Assembly: GCA_002731115.1 (NCBI GenBank)
Contig: PBZO01000001.1
Location: forward strand, 75,096-139,095
Origin: Candidatus Pacearchaeota archaeon
Lineage (GTDB): Archaea > Nanobdellota > Nanobdellia > Pacearchaeales > GW2011-AR1
Direction of reading: 5' to 3'
Length of the DNA: 64,000 nucleotides
In this document: piece after piece, positions 10,457 to 19,741 of the stretch
Layout: the number at the start of each line of letters is the position of its first letter
Position numbering within the stretch: the stretch's first letter is position 1
The notes under the pieces: generated by a model
Database searches by the model: none
Seen by the model: only the letters and a program-made list of their open reading frames with translations
What the model was told of the DNA's origin: nothing
Made by a program: the position numbers and the translations under genes

Positions 10457-10508
10457 GATATGCTTATTTAAATTTAGTTTATAAATATTATGTAAGAATT
10501 ATAGAAAA

Positions 10509-10961
10509 TTAAAGATGTTTTAATTTTTTGAATTTGAAGAAATCGTGTATTAGGGAAATTTTATCCATCCTATCCATAAAAATTCTACTACAAGTTACAT
10601 CTAAAAATAAATGAAAAGTAAATCCTATAAAAATAAATAAGAAATACTCTGAAAATAGGGTGAATAATAAAAGAACTAATAAGATTTCAGTTCCATGTAA
10701 AAAACAAAAACCACTATATACTTTATTTCTCTGAGCTCGGGATAAATTCTGGAATCTTTTTGATCTTTCAATAAACCAATTGTAAGCATTGTTTAAACTC
10801 CAATCTTTTTTCTTATAAACATAATAAATATAATGGTCAACATCAATTAAGACAGTCGAAAGAGCAATTAATAAAAATCCAATTAATCCTATTTGTGGAA
10901 AGATAACTAATAAAATTAATGCAAAAATTAATCCTAATACTAAATGACTTTGTACATACAT
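10509..10961 (-). CDS. membrane-bound metal-dependent hydrolase-like protein (YdjM/DUF457-like)
   Basis: Small polytopic membrane protein with conserved His and Asp positions (VQSHL, IDVDH, LHGTE, HLFLD). Confidence 0.35.
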   Translation of the reverse strand: MYVQSHLVLGLIFALILLVIFPQIGLIGFLLIALSTVLIDVDHYIYYVYKKKDWSLNNAYNWFIERSKRFQNLSRAQRNKVYSGFCFLHGTEILLVLLLFTLFSEYFLFIFIGFTFHLFLDVTCSRIFMDRMDKISLIHDFFKFKKLKHL

Positions 10962-11009
10962 TTTAAAATTAGAAGAAAAGGGTTTTTAAATTTTAAGGAG
11001 AGATAATTC

Positions 11010-12551
11010 TTAATCTCCTTCTATCATCCTTATCATATCACTAAATGCAGGTCTTGTAATTAATACTCCTACTGAAATCCCAATAATAGTTGTTATTGCA
11101 AATCCCTTAAGTAAACCTGCCCCTGCCCATAATAAAGGAAGTAATGCAACTAGGGCTGTAAAATAAGCACCTAAAATAATTGTAAAAGCTCTTTTTAATC
11201 TTTGTTTTATACTTAAAAATTTACTTTGTTTAGATTCATCTAAGATAATAATCTGCTGGTCTATTCCAGTACCAATTGTTGCTAAAATTCCTGCAATACT
11301 GGGTAAATCAAGATTCCACTCAATAAAAGATGCTATACCTAAAATAACGATAACTTCCGAAATACTAGTAACTAATAATGCAAGTGAAGACTTAAATTTT
11401 TTATATCTAAAAAAGATAATAATTGATACTATTAATAATGCTGAGATACCGGCTAAAAAAATAGATTTTATAAATTCTTTTCCAAGTAATGGAGAAACTG
11501 TATCTAGTTTGACTATTTCTAGTTTATATGGAAGACTTCCCGTAATTAATATTGTCTGCAATTTATGCATTGAATCACTTGCATCATTATATGCTTGGTC
11601 TTGCGTTTCACCATATCCCGAACCTGAAATAGATATCTGAGTTTCTATTCTTCCTTTAAGCCCTTCTCCAATAAAAAGACTATCAACAAGTTTATCATCT
11701 AGATAAAGATCTAACTTTTCAGATAAATATTCGGGATTTGTTTCATTCAAATCTAATTTTCCTGTTACTTCTGAATGTCTTTTTGCAGCCTCTTCACTTA
11801 AAAAAATAGAGAATCTAAATCTACAAAAATATCCGTTGTCTGAAGGGTTACAAGTTTCAATAAATGCTTCTTGAGCACTTCTACTAACAGAGGCTATATC
11901 TCTTTCACCTCCAATAAATATTGTTTCATTTCCTATTTTTGCTTCAAACTTTCCTTGTTTAGAAAGTATTTCTTTCAAGTCTTTTGGAGTTGCCCCTGCA
12001 ATTTCAACTAACATAAAATGATTTCCCGTTAAATCTGAAACTGAAAGAACTTTTAAATCGGCAAGTCCAAATTCATTAAGCCGATTATTTGTTATATCAA
12101 CCAAATCATCTATTTCTTCAGTTGTTAGTTTTCTATCTTGTGCTTGAACTAATGCACGTGATCCTCCTGCCAAATCAAGTCCTGTTTTAATATTTGTTTT
12201 TGGGATCTCTGAAATAGTTATTTCTGGTGCATCTTTTGAGAATAAAATTGCCTCAGAATTTTTTGTATTAAATATTGTTTTTATACTTTTATTAGACAAA
12301 TATTTTCCTTGTACAGCTTTTGAAAAATCATCTAAATTATTTATTATTTTCCCATCAACTCCAATTATTATCTGTCCTTGTCTTAACCCTTCTTCAAATG
12401 CAGTTGAATTTGTTTCAACACTGGTAATTATTACTCCTTTTTGAGAAAAATGGGGAGGAAATCCGAAAATAGATAATAGAGAGAAAACTAAAATAATTAT
12501 TAATAAATAAATTTTCCAAGTTAGCTTCATTCTTTCTTCTCCACATACCAT
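11010..12551 (-). CDS. secD: protein-export membrane protein SecD
   Basis: 513 aa. N-terminal TM helix, large periplasmic domain, C-terminal six-TM bundle. Adjacent to secF, overlapping by 25 nt. Confidence 0.7.
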   Translation of the reverse strand: MVCGEERMKLTWKIYLLIIILVFSLLSIFGFPPHFSQKGVIITSVETNSTAFEEGLRQGQIIIGVDGKIINNLDDFSKAVQGKYLSNKSIKTIFNTKNSEAILFSKDAPEITISEIPKTNIKTGLDLAGGSRALVQAQDRKLTTEEIDDLVDITNNRLNEFGLADLKVLSVSDLTGNHFMLVEIAGATPKDLKEILSKQGKFEAKIGNETIFIGGERDIASVSRSAQEAFIETCNPSDNGYFCRFRFSIFLSEEAAKRHSEVTGKLDLNETNPEYLSEKLDLYLDDKLVDSLFIGEGLKGRIETQISISGSGYGETQDQAYNDASDSMHKLQTILITGSLPYKLEIVKLDTVSPLLGKEFIKSIFLAGISALLIVSIIIFFRYKKFKSSLALLVTSISEVIVILGIASFIEWNLDLPSIAGILATIGTGIDQQIIILDESKQSKFLSIKQRLKRAFTIILGAYFTALVALLPLLWAGAGLLKGFAITTIIGISVGVLITRPAFSDMIRMIEGD

Positions 12552-13402
12552 TTAAGTATTGAAACATTTGTAATCCATGTATTGAGGAGATCAAAACCTA
12601 GTCCAATAACAAGAACTGTAAAAATTTGAGTTAAAACAATTGAAAAAGATTTTACAACAAATAAAGCAAAAGCTATCGCAAGCAAGGAGGTTAAGGTCAT
12701 TGTCATTCCTGTTTTAAATGCACCATATATTCTCTCATTTAAACTTCCTTCATCTCTTTTTAAGATTCTTGTTGTAAGTAATATATCTGTGTCAACGGAA
12801 TAACCAATTAACATTAGAAATGCGACAATTCCTGCACTTGAAATTTTCATTCCTAAAATGTTTATCAATGTTAAAGTCATCAAAATATCTGCAAATGCTG
12901 CAATAATAACTGCTGCTGAAGGAATAAATATCCTAAAGATAAGAAACACAACAATTGCCATTAAAATAAATGCAAATAAAATCGCAATCAAAAGTTGTTT
13001 GTAAAAACTTTCACTTAAACTTGATCCGGTAAATTCAAAACTAGCATTTTCCCCATTTATTAATTCATATTCTAAAAATTCTTCAAGAACTTTTTTTGCT
13101 TCAACTTCATCTGATTTTGTTTCAATAATTAATGCAATTTGTTCTCTTGTTACTAAATCATAAACTTCTCTAATATTTACATCTTCAAGATTTTCCAAAA
13201 GAAATTCTTCTAAATTAAGTATATCTACTTTTTCATAAATTGTAACACTTGTTCCTCCTGTTAAAGATATATCTTTATAAGCAAAATCATTATTCTTTGA
13301 GTAAAATGCACTCATATAAAATATAGAGAAAATCAAGAGTATTAATGGAATTAACAATAACCATTTATAATACCTATCATGCCAGTTTTTTTGTTGTTCC
13401 AT
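12527..13402 (-). CDS. secF: protein-export membrane protein SecF
   Basis: 291 aa. N-terminal TM, periplasmic domain, C-terminal TM bundle. Archaeal SecF-like, upstream of secD. Confidence 0.7.
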   Translation of the reverse strand: MEQQKNWHDRYYKWLLLIPLILLIFSIFYMSAFYSKNNDFAYKDISLTGGTSVTIYEKVDILNLEEFLLENLEDVNIREVYDLVTREQIALIIETKSDEVEAKKVLEEFLEYELINGENASFEFTGSSLSESFYKQLLIAILFAFILMAIVVFLIFRIFIPSAAVIIAAFADILMTLTLINILGMKISSAGIVAFLMLIGYSVDTDILLTTRILKRDEGSLNERIYGAFKTGMTMTLTSLLAIAFALFVVKSFSIVLTQIFTVLVIGLGFDLLNTWITNVSILKWYVEKKE

Positions 13403-13419
13403 TTTTTTTAAACATGAAA

Positions 13420-13490
13420 TGCGCGGACCGGGAATCGAACCCGGGTCAATTGGTTGGAAGCCAACTATTCTGCCTCTAAACTATCCACGC
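13420..13490 (-). tRNA. tRNA-Gly (anticodon UCC)
   Basis: Minus-strand sequence GCGTGGA..GTTGG-CTTCCAA-CCAAT..CCGGG-TTCGATT-CCCGG-TCCGCGC-A. Perfect T arm, 7-bp acceptor stem, anticodon loop cuUCCaa. The D arm pairs poorly by eye. Confidence 0.6.
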
Positions 13491-13609
13491 TCCATTAATT
13501 TTAGATAATTTTGATACTTTTTTAAATGTTTGGAGTTTGAAGTTTTTATTTCTCCAAAAAATCTCTTAATAATTAGCCACTAGACTATCTTATCCTTATT
13601 TAATCAAAA

Positions 13610-13683
13610 CGCCCTTGATAGGATTTGAACCTACAATCTCATCCTTAGGAGGGATGCGTTCTATCCAATTGAACTACAAGGGC
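13610..13683 (-). tRNA. tRNA-Arg (anticodon CCU)
   Basis: GCCCTTG-TA-GTTC-AATTGGAT-AGAAC-G-CATCC-CTCCTAA-GGATG-AGATT-GTAGG-TTCAAAT-CCTAT-CAAGGGC-G. Full cloverleaf, no encoded CCA. Confidence 0.85.
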
Positions 13684-13716
13684 ATAATTTTTAAAGTGTC
13701 TTTTAGTTTAAAAAAG

Positions 13717-13989
13717 ATGTTACTTAAAGTATTGGGAATATTTGATATAGTTGCAGGGTTAATTTTAATACTAGATAAAAGTCTAGTCTTTTCAGATCAA
13801 ATATTAATAACCTTTGGAATAATCTTGCTTGCTAAATCCTCTTTAGGATTACTCAAAAATCTTGCCAGTTGGATTGACTTTCTGGCAGGGGTAATTCTTC
13901 TTTTATCAATAATTATCAATATTCCTATAGCAATAAATTTTATTTTAGGAGTTTTAATAATTCAAAAAGGAATATTTAGTTTATTATAA
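13717..13989 (+). CDS. small membrane protein (hypothetical)
   Basis: Listed ORF 13615..13989 overlaps tRNA-Arg at its 5' end. An internal ATG at 13717 gives a 90-aa two to three-TM protein (MLLKVLGIFDIVAGLILIL...). Confidence 0.3.
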   Translation: MLLKVLGIFDIVAGLILILDKSLVFSDQILITFGIILLAKSSLGLLKNLASWIDFLAGVILLLSIIINIPIAINFILGVLIIQKGIFSLL

Positions 13990-14073
13990 TGCAGGAGAGA
14001 GGATTCGAACCTCTGAACTCACTAAGAGACGAGATTTTGAGTCTCGCACGTTTGGCCACTTCGCTACTCCTGC
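13990..14073 (-). tRNA. tRNA-Leu (anticodon CAA), class II with long variable arm
   Basis: GCAGGAG..CGAGA-CTCAAAA-TCTCG-(long variable arm)-AGAGG-TTCGAAT-CCTCT-CTCCTGC-A. Discriminator A73. Confidence 0.8.
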
Positions 14074-14120
14074 CTATAGATAGGATTAAGTTAAACTTTT
14101 TAAAATATATCTAATTAGAA

Positions 14121-14837
14121 TTATTTGCTAATTTTCTTAGAAACCTCTTTTAGATCTTTTCTTAATTCATCAATAGATTTCTTAAAGATTTCTTTTACAT
14201 CCAACTGTCCAAAAGATTCCAAAGTTATTACTAATTCGCCTGTTGGAATAAGTTTTATTGAATCTTTTCCTTTCTTATTACAAGCCTCAATGCAAGCTTC
14301 ACAATCATCACATTTAATACTATCTTCAACAACTATTTTTCCATTTTCTGATTTTAAGATATTTTGTGTACAAGCATCAATAACTTCTTTTGGACAATCT
14401 TTATCTATTTTTAATTCTATAAGATTTCTATAAAACATTAATCCTGGGGAAAATTTTGAATGTTCACTTCCTTTTCCCAGTTTAGTTGTTGCAGTAAATT
14501 CTAATTCAGAGTTCTTATTTAAGAAAGTTATTGGAATATTTTCATAAGCAATTTTTGCTTTACCTTTTAATTCTTCTGAAAAAACAATTCCTTCTTTTTT
14601 AGAAGATAATTTAAGTTTAATTGGTTTTTTATCTAATTTATCCATTTTTAATGGAATAAGGCCTATTCTATGGGCTATTGTTTCATCATATAAAGGAGAA
14701 TCGTTTTTAGAAATTTCTAATTCATCTATTGCCAGAATTGGTATTTGATTTAAATATCTTCTTATAGCGTTTGCCAAAGTTTCCTCTATTTTTGTGCTAA
14801 ATACAATCTGATTTGGTTTTTTTTCTATTATTTTCAT
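14121..14837 (-). CDS. rpoD: DNA-directed RNA polymerase subunit D (Rpb3 homolog) with ferredoxin-like 4Fe-4S insert
   Basis: N-terminal dimerisation region. Cys cluster CPKEV..C...CDDCEACIEAC typical of archaeal RpoD. Sits at the end of the S13-S4-S11 operon. Confidence 0.8.
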   Translation of the reverse strand: MKIIEKKPNQIVFSTKIEETLANAIRRYLNQIPILAIDELEISKNDSPLYDETIAHRIGLIPLKMDKLDKKPIKLKLSSKKEGIVFSEELKGKAKIAYENIPITFLNKNSELEFTATTKLGKGSEHSKFSPGLMFYRNLIELKIDKDCPKEVIDACTQNILKSENGKIVVEDSIKCDDCEACIEACNKKGKDSIKLIPTGELVITLESFGQLDVKEIFKKSIDELRKDLKEVSKKISK

Positions 14838-14843
14838 TTTATT

Positions 14844-15275
14844 TTAAGGACGTCTCCCTCTCCTTCCGCCTTTTTTCTTAGGCCCTCCTCTTGGATTTCT
14901 TGTAGTATCTAAAATATTTAGTATTTTAAACCCTTCTCTTGATAAATTCTTTACTATTGCATGTGCACCTGGACCTGGAGCAGGATTCCTTGTTTTTGTT
15001 CTTATTCTAACATATAATGATTTAACACCTAATTCTTTTATCTGTTCAGATATTCTTTTGGCAATAAACATTCCAATTGTAGGATTAGCCTTAAGTCTAT
15101 CATGTTTTGTAACCATCCCTCCTGTAACTTTTGCAAGTGTTTTTCCAGACATATCTGTTACATGAACAAGGGTATTATTAAAAGAAGTATAAATATTAAT
15201 AATTGCTTCTATATCTTTAGAGGGTTTTTTTTGGATATTTGTTAATTTTTCTTTAGTTTCTACTTCTTGTTTCAT
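14844..15275 (-). CDS. rps11: 30S ribosomal protein S11 (uS11)
   Basis: GPGAHAIVKNLSREGFKI..DTTRNPRGGPKKKGGRRGRRP C-terminal signature. Confidence 0.9.
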   Translation of the reverse strand: MKQEVETKEKLTNIQKKPSKDIEAIINIYTSFNNTLVHVTDMSGKTLAKVTGGMVTKHDRLKANPTIGMFIAKRISEQIKELGVKSLYVRIRTKTRNPAPGPGAHAIVKNLSREGFKILNILDTTRNPRGGPKKKGGRRGRRP

Positions 15276-15787
15276 TTTTTAGTTTCCTCCTTATTATCTT
15301 CTCCATTTTTAATCTCTTGCTTTTTTTCTAATTTTTTCTTTTCTTTCTTTTTTAAAAAAATTTTTCCTTCTAATTCTGTGGGAACAATATATGAAGGACT
15401 ATTAACAATATTTCCATTAACTAGGACTTTTTTATGAGTTATTAATTGTCTTGCGCTTTTTGGAGTTGTTACAATCTTTTTTGTTACAAGAATTGTCTGC
15501 AATCTTCTTTTTAAATAATCTTGTTTTTCTAAAGATAAAACATCTGCAATTGAGTTTACATTTAATCCTATTTTTTTAAGTCTATTAAAGAATGCCTTTT
15601 GTTCTTCTGGATTTGCAGAGATTAGTCTTTTAGCTTTCTCTCTTATTGATTTAATCTTGGCTTCTGATTTCCAAATTTCCTTTTTATTCTTTAATCCAAA
15701 TTCTTCTTTTATTTTCCCTTCTTCAACAAGTCTTTCTTTATCGAAGGGTCTTTTTGGTTTAGAATATGATTTATGTTTTCTTTTCAT
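15272..15787 (-). CDS. rps4: 30S ribosomal protein S4 (uS4)
   Basis: S4 domain QLITHKKVLVNGNIVNSPSYIV. Conserved S13-S4-S11 order. Confidence 0.85.
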   Translation of the reverse strand: MKRKHKSYSKPKRPFDKERLVEEGKIKEEFGLKNKKEIWKSEAKIKSIREKAKRLISANPEEQKAFFNRLKKIGLNVNSIADVLSLEKQDYLKRRLQTILVTKKIVTTPKSARQLITHKKVLVNGNIVNSPSYIVPTELEGKIFLKKKEKKKLEKKQEIKNGEDNKEETKK

Positions 15788-16257
15788 TATTTCTTCCCCT
15801 TCTTTTTAATTCCAGTACTTTTACGCCTATTTTTTCTAAAATTACTTCTTGTTCTTTGTCCTCTTACAGGTAAGCCCGACATATGCCGATAACCCTTATA
15901 ATTCTTAATTTTTTTCAGTCTTTTAATATCAAATTCTGTCCGTAAATCTAAATCACTTCCAACTAAATGTTTATCTTCTCCTGTTTCAAAATCAGTCCTT
16001 CTATTAATTAGATATTTTGGAACTTTTGGATTTTTTATGAATTCTGATATTGTTTTAATTTCTTCATCTGTTAAGGACCCTATCTTCCTATTTTTATCAA
16101 TTTTTAATATTTTGCAAACAGCATTAGATAAACTCCAAGAAACTCCTTTTATATTTGTTAATCCTGGATAAATTTTCATTTTGCCTTCTATATCTTTTGA
16201 TAAAATTCTAATTATTCTTTCTTCATATTTTCTTTCTGTTTGTGTTTTTTGTTCCAT
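15787..16257 (-). CDS. rps13: 30S ribosomal protein S13 (uS13)
   Basis: RILSKDIEGK...GLPVRGQRTRSNFRKNRRK signature. Confidence 0.9.
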   Translation of the reverse strand: MEQKTQTERKYEERIIRILSKDIEGKMKIYPGLTNIKGVSWSLSNAVCKILKIDKNRKIGSLTDEEIKTISEFIKNPKVPKYLINRRTDFETGEDKHLVGSDLDLRTEFDIKRLKKIKNYKGYRHMSGLPVRGQRTRSNFRKNRRKSTGIKKKGKK

Positions 16258-16258
16258 T

Positions 16259-16795
16259 TTATTGTGTAAATAAATTATATCTTTCCATATTTGTTAATTC
16301 CTGTATTATTCTTTTTTCAACTGCTTTTTCCGGATGGGGAAGATTTGATATTCTTTTACTTATATCTTCAAAAGATTTAAATTCTTTTTGTTCTCTCTGT
16401 TCTAAGATTTCATGCATATATTTCTTACCCAAACCCGGAAGCAATTCTAATTGATGAAGTCTTTTATTTATTGCATCTGCTTTATTAAAAAATTCAACAA
16501 ATTCTTTTTCTCTTTCTTTCACTATCTTATTAATAAAGGTTTCTAATTGTTCTTTTGCAGCTTCTGTTAATTTTTCCTTAGGAAGTCTTCCAAGAATATA
16601 GTATATTTTATCTCTTTTACCTTCTCCAATATAAACCTTTTCTCCAACTTCAAGAGATTCTCCTTTTCTAGGAACTAATTCTAAAAGAGTTAATTTTATT
16701 TCTCCAATTGCCTGAGCAATGGGCATCATCTTCCCTTCTAAAGGATATCCATTTGGTAAATATTCTAAGATTATTGCATGTTCTTCTTTTTCCAT
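16259..16795 (-). CDS. DUF655/COG1491-family nucleic-acid-binding protein (OB fold plus HhH)
   Basis: YILGRLP...FVEFFNKADAINKRLHQLELLPGLGKK pattern. Lies beside rpoF and L21e, its usual position in archaea. Confidence 0.55.
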   Translation of the reverse strand: MEKEEHAIILEYLPNGYPLEGKMMPIAQAIGEIKLTLLELVPRKGESLEVGEKVYIGEGKRDKIYYILGRLPKEKLTEAAKEQLETFINKIVKEREKEFVEFFNKADAINKRLHQLELLPGLGKKYMHEILEQREQKEFKSFEDISKRISNLPHPEKAVEKRIIQELTNMERYNLFTQ

Positions 16796-16800
16796 TTTTC

Positions 16801-17097
16801 TTATTTGAATTCTTTAACTGTTTCAAGTATTTTTTTTGTTTCATCCTCATTTAAACTAACCCCTACAAAAATTTTATTTAAATCTTCTGCATTTTCCGGG
16901 AAAATATCAATTATCTTAGCTATATGTTCTTCTTTTAATTTCATCAAATCAAGTTTATTGAGTTTATTTTTTAATTCACTTGCGTCTTTTGGATTTAATT
17001 TTACAAATTTTTTTATAAACCCTGTTGCGCCTGTTTCGCCTTTCTTTATATATTCAAGACTTTCAGCCATACTTATTGGTTGCATATCTTTTATCAT
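16801..17097 (-). CDS. rpoF: DNA-directed RNA polymerase subunit F (Rpb4 homolog)
   Basis: 98 aa. KLNPKDASELKNKL...EEHIAKIIDIFPENAEDLNKIF...LNEDETKKILETVKEF matches the Rpb4/RpoF helical pattern. Flanked by L21e and DUF655. Confidence 0.55.
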   Translation of the reverse strand: MIKDMQPISMAESLEYIKKGETGATGFIKKFVKLNPKDASELKNKLNKLDLMKLKEEHIAKIIDIFPENAEDLNKIFVGVSLNEDETKKILETVKEFK

Positions 17098-17098
17098 C

Positions 17099-17356
17099 TT
17101 ATTTAGTCTGTTTTATTTTTTTTAAATGTATTGGCTCAATTAAAAACCTTTTTTCTTTATTTTTATCATTAATTTTTATAATATATGCTTTTCCCCTTTT
17201 AGATTCTATTACTCCTGTTTTTCCTTGAAGTCTCTTTGGAAAACTTGCTTGAACTGCTAATTCTCTAACAACTGCCACATTAGCTCCTTTCACAAATTCT
17301 TGAAAGTACTTACTAAGCTGCAATTTTCCCTTTGTTCTTACTTGTTTTTTCTTCAT
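17099..17356 (-). CDS. rpl21e: 50S ribosomal protein L21e
   Basis: 85 aa, GKTGVIESKRGKAYIIKINDKNKEKRFLIEPIHLKKI resembles the L21e core. Confidence 0.75.
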   Translation of the reverse strand: MKKKQVRTKGKLQLSKYFQEFVKGANVAVVRELAVQASFPKRLQGKTGVIESKRGKAYIIKINDKNKEKRFLIEPIHLKKIKQTK

Positions 17357-17397
17357 AAATAAACCAGAAATAAGCTATTTAAAAAACTTCTCTTTAG

Positions 17398-17562
17398 CTA
17401 ATTTGTATGGCATAAATCTCCCTTTTCTTTTGCATCTTCCATGTTTTTCACAATTGTATCAAACATTTTTTCTCCCCAGGCCCCTTTCCCGCATTTATTA
17501 CAGACATCAATAACACTTTCTTCAGGAACATCTATCCTGCAGTAAATACACTTTTTAATCAT
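17398..17562 (-). CDS. small zinc-ribbon protein (54 aa), not in ORF track
   Basis: Translates to MIKKCIYCRIDVPEESVIDVCNKCGKGAWGEKMFDTIVKNMEDAKEKGDLCHTN with CxxC-x12-CxxC. Lies 41 nt upstream of L21e on the same strand. Confidence 0.3.
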   Translation of the reverse strand: MIKKCIYCRIDVPEESVIDVCNKCGKGAWGEKMFDTIVKNMEDAKEKGDLCHTN

Positions 17563-17649
17563 TTTTTCCTCTTTTTTATTTGAAAAGAAAAATAGTTTTT
17601 AAAAGTTTGGATAATTTATTCATCTCTTAGGAAAATTTATAAAGAATTA

Positions 17650-18528
17650 ATGTTCATTAATATAATGTATAAGAAAGAAATTAAGATTATATTAAATCTT
17701 TTTATAATTATATTATTTGCAAATATATCTTTTTTATCTGCTTCTTGTGATTTAGATGCAACAATGATAAATCAAGACCCTTACCCTGCAGTACCTGGAG
17801 ATTATGTAAGATTAATCTTTCAAGTAACAGGAGTTGAAAATCCTGATTGTGGTTATGTTTCTTTTGAATTGCTCCCCGAATATCCCATATCATTTGATCC
17901 AAATACTAGTTCTAAGGTTGTAGTAGAAAGTGGGACTTTTGTTAAGAATTATACTTCATCCCTAATTGTCCCTTATAAAGTTAGAGTTGATACAGATGCC
18001 TTAGATGGGGACAATCCATTAACAGTTAAATTTAGTTCAGGAATAATTGAAGCAGATTTTTTCAAATTAAAACAATTTAATCTTTATGCAGAAGATGTTA
18101 AAGCAGATTTTGAAATCCATATAAAAGATTATGATGCAACTACAAACATTATCATATTTGAAATATTGAATATAGGAAGTAGTGATATTGAAGCACTTAC
18201 AGTAGAAATTCCAAAACAAGAAAATCTAATAGCTAAAGTATCTAATCGGAATATTGTAGGAGGATTAGACTCAAATGATTTTACAACTGCCGAATTTGAA
18301 GCTATTCCAAAAAAGGGAGATATAAATTTAATTTTGCACTATACAGATATAATAAATGAAAGAAGAATAACAAATGAAACAGTTTCCTTTGATCCAACAT
18401 TCTTTGAAGAAAGAAAAAATGATAAAGATGATAAATCTACCTTAACCTATGTTATTATCTTTTTAGTTGTTGTTTTTATTATATATTTAATTTATAAATT
18501 ATTTAAGAAGAAAAAAAGACGTTTTTAA
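17650..18528 (+). CDS. secreted protein with C-terminal membrane anchor (hypothetical surface protein)
   Basis: N-terminal signal peptide, C-terminal TM plus KKKKRRF stop-transfer. Convergent with the MacB-type ABC transporter. Confidence 0.4.
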   Translation: MFINIMYKKEIKIILNLFIIILFANISFLSASCDLDATMINQDPYPAVPGDYVRLIFQVTGVENPDCGYVSFELLPEYPISFDPNTSSKVVVESGTFVKNYTSSLIVPYKVRVDTDALDGDNPLTVKFSSGIIEADFFKLKQFNLYAEDVKADFEIHIKDYDATTNIIIFEILNIGSSDIEALTVEIPKQENLIAKVSNRNIVGGLDSNDFTTAEFEAIPKKGDINLILHYTDIINERRITNETVSFDPTFFEERKNDKDDKSTLTYVIIFLVVVFIIYLIYKLFKKKKRRF

Positions 18529-19740
18529 TTATTCATATCTTAAGGCATCTACTACATTAGTTTTTGAAGCTTTCCAGGCCGGGATTGCTCCCGAAATTGC
18601 ACCCGTAAATGTTGCAAATAATATACATCCTACAAAAAGAACCCAATGATAATGCGGGCTTAAAAAACCCCACCCCAAATTTTCTAAAATTCTACCTGCT
18701 AACAAGGTTACCCCATATCCTACTATTATCCCTATTACTCCTGATATGAATCCCAAAAATGATGATTCAAATAAGAATATTTTTAGTATTTCGGAGTTTT
18801 TAGCACCAATGGATTTTATTATTCCTATTTCCTTTATTCTTTCTATTACTGATGTTATCATTGTGTTTGCAGTATTTACTGCCGAAACTATAACTGAGAT
18901 CAAGGCAATCAATATAACAAACCCAATTATTATATTTAATGCTTCTGAAAAAGTTTCAATCATTTCTTCGAATGATTGTACAAAAAAATCTTCTTGCCCT
19001 TTTTCTTGATCTTTATTTTTTCTAAGAGCTTTTTCAATATCTTCTACCACTTTATCTATTTTTTCAACTTCTACTTCTGCTATTACCCACCCATATCCCC
19101 CCTCTCTTTCAGGATACAATTCATCAAAAAATTCTTGAGAAACATAAATATTTGAGTCATCTTGGGGATTTCCTACAGCCTCCATAAAACCTACTACTTT
19201 TACTTTTTCATCATTTAAATCAAAATTATCATTTACCTCTAACCCTTTAGGAAAAATCTTGTCATCTAATTGAAAATTATAGCCTAGAATTACTTTTCCT
19301 TTATCTTTATTTCCTAATTCCTTGCCTTTTAACAAACCTATATTGGATATATCCCACATTAAAGGTTTTTTTGGATCATAACTCATTATAAAAACATACC
19401 TCTTAAAAGTTTTATACTGTATCTCTGCAATATCAAAAGAAGAACCAGTTACATCATATACTCCGGCTACTTTTTTTACAGCACGCAAATCACTTTCTGT
19501 TAAAGCGAAAGTATCATCAAGTCCTGGTGCTCCAACTCCTTTTGGTTGAATAATCACTTTGTTAATTGAACTTACTGTTGTAAATTCATCCACATAATCG
19601 TATAATCCCCATCCAAAACTTACAAAAATAAATATTGCTGAAATGCCAACAAAAATAGAAAGTATTGTTAACAAACTTCTTGATCTACTCATCTTAAGAT
19701 TTCTTAGAGAATATTTTATACTTTCTTTACTTATTACCAT
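18529..19740 (-). CDS. ABC transporter permease, FtsX/MacB family
   Basis: N-terminal TM, periplasmic MacB-like domain, C-terminal FtsX four-TM module. Confidence 0.75.
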   Translation of the reverse strand: MVISKESIKYSLRNLKMSRSRSLLTILSIFVGISAIFIFVSFGWGLYDYVDEFTTVSSINKVIIQPKGVGAPGLDDTFALTESDLRAVKKVAGVYDVTGSSFDIAEIQYKTFKRYVFIMSYDPKKPLMWDISNIGLLKGKELGNKDKGKVILGYNFQLDDKIFPKGLEVNDNFDLNDEKVKVVGFMEAVGNPQDDSNIYVSQEFFDELYPEREGGYGWVIAEVEVEKIDKVVEDIEKALRKNKDQEKGQEDFFVQSFEEMIETFSEALNIIIGFVILIALISVIVSAVNTANTMITSVIERIKEIGIIKSIGAKNSEILKIFLFESSFLGFISGVIGIIVGYGVTLLAGRILENLGWGFLSPHYHWVLFVGCILFATFTGAISGAIPAWKASKTNVVDALRYE

Positions 19741-19741
19741 C

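Noticed and set aside
13615-13716. 5' part of the listed ORF 13615..13989
   Set aside because: Its first 23 codons are the antisense of tRNA-Arg (MIGFEPTISSLGG reads through the T arm). Only the part from the internal ATG at 13717 is plausible.
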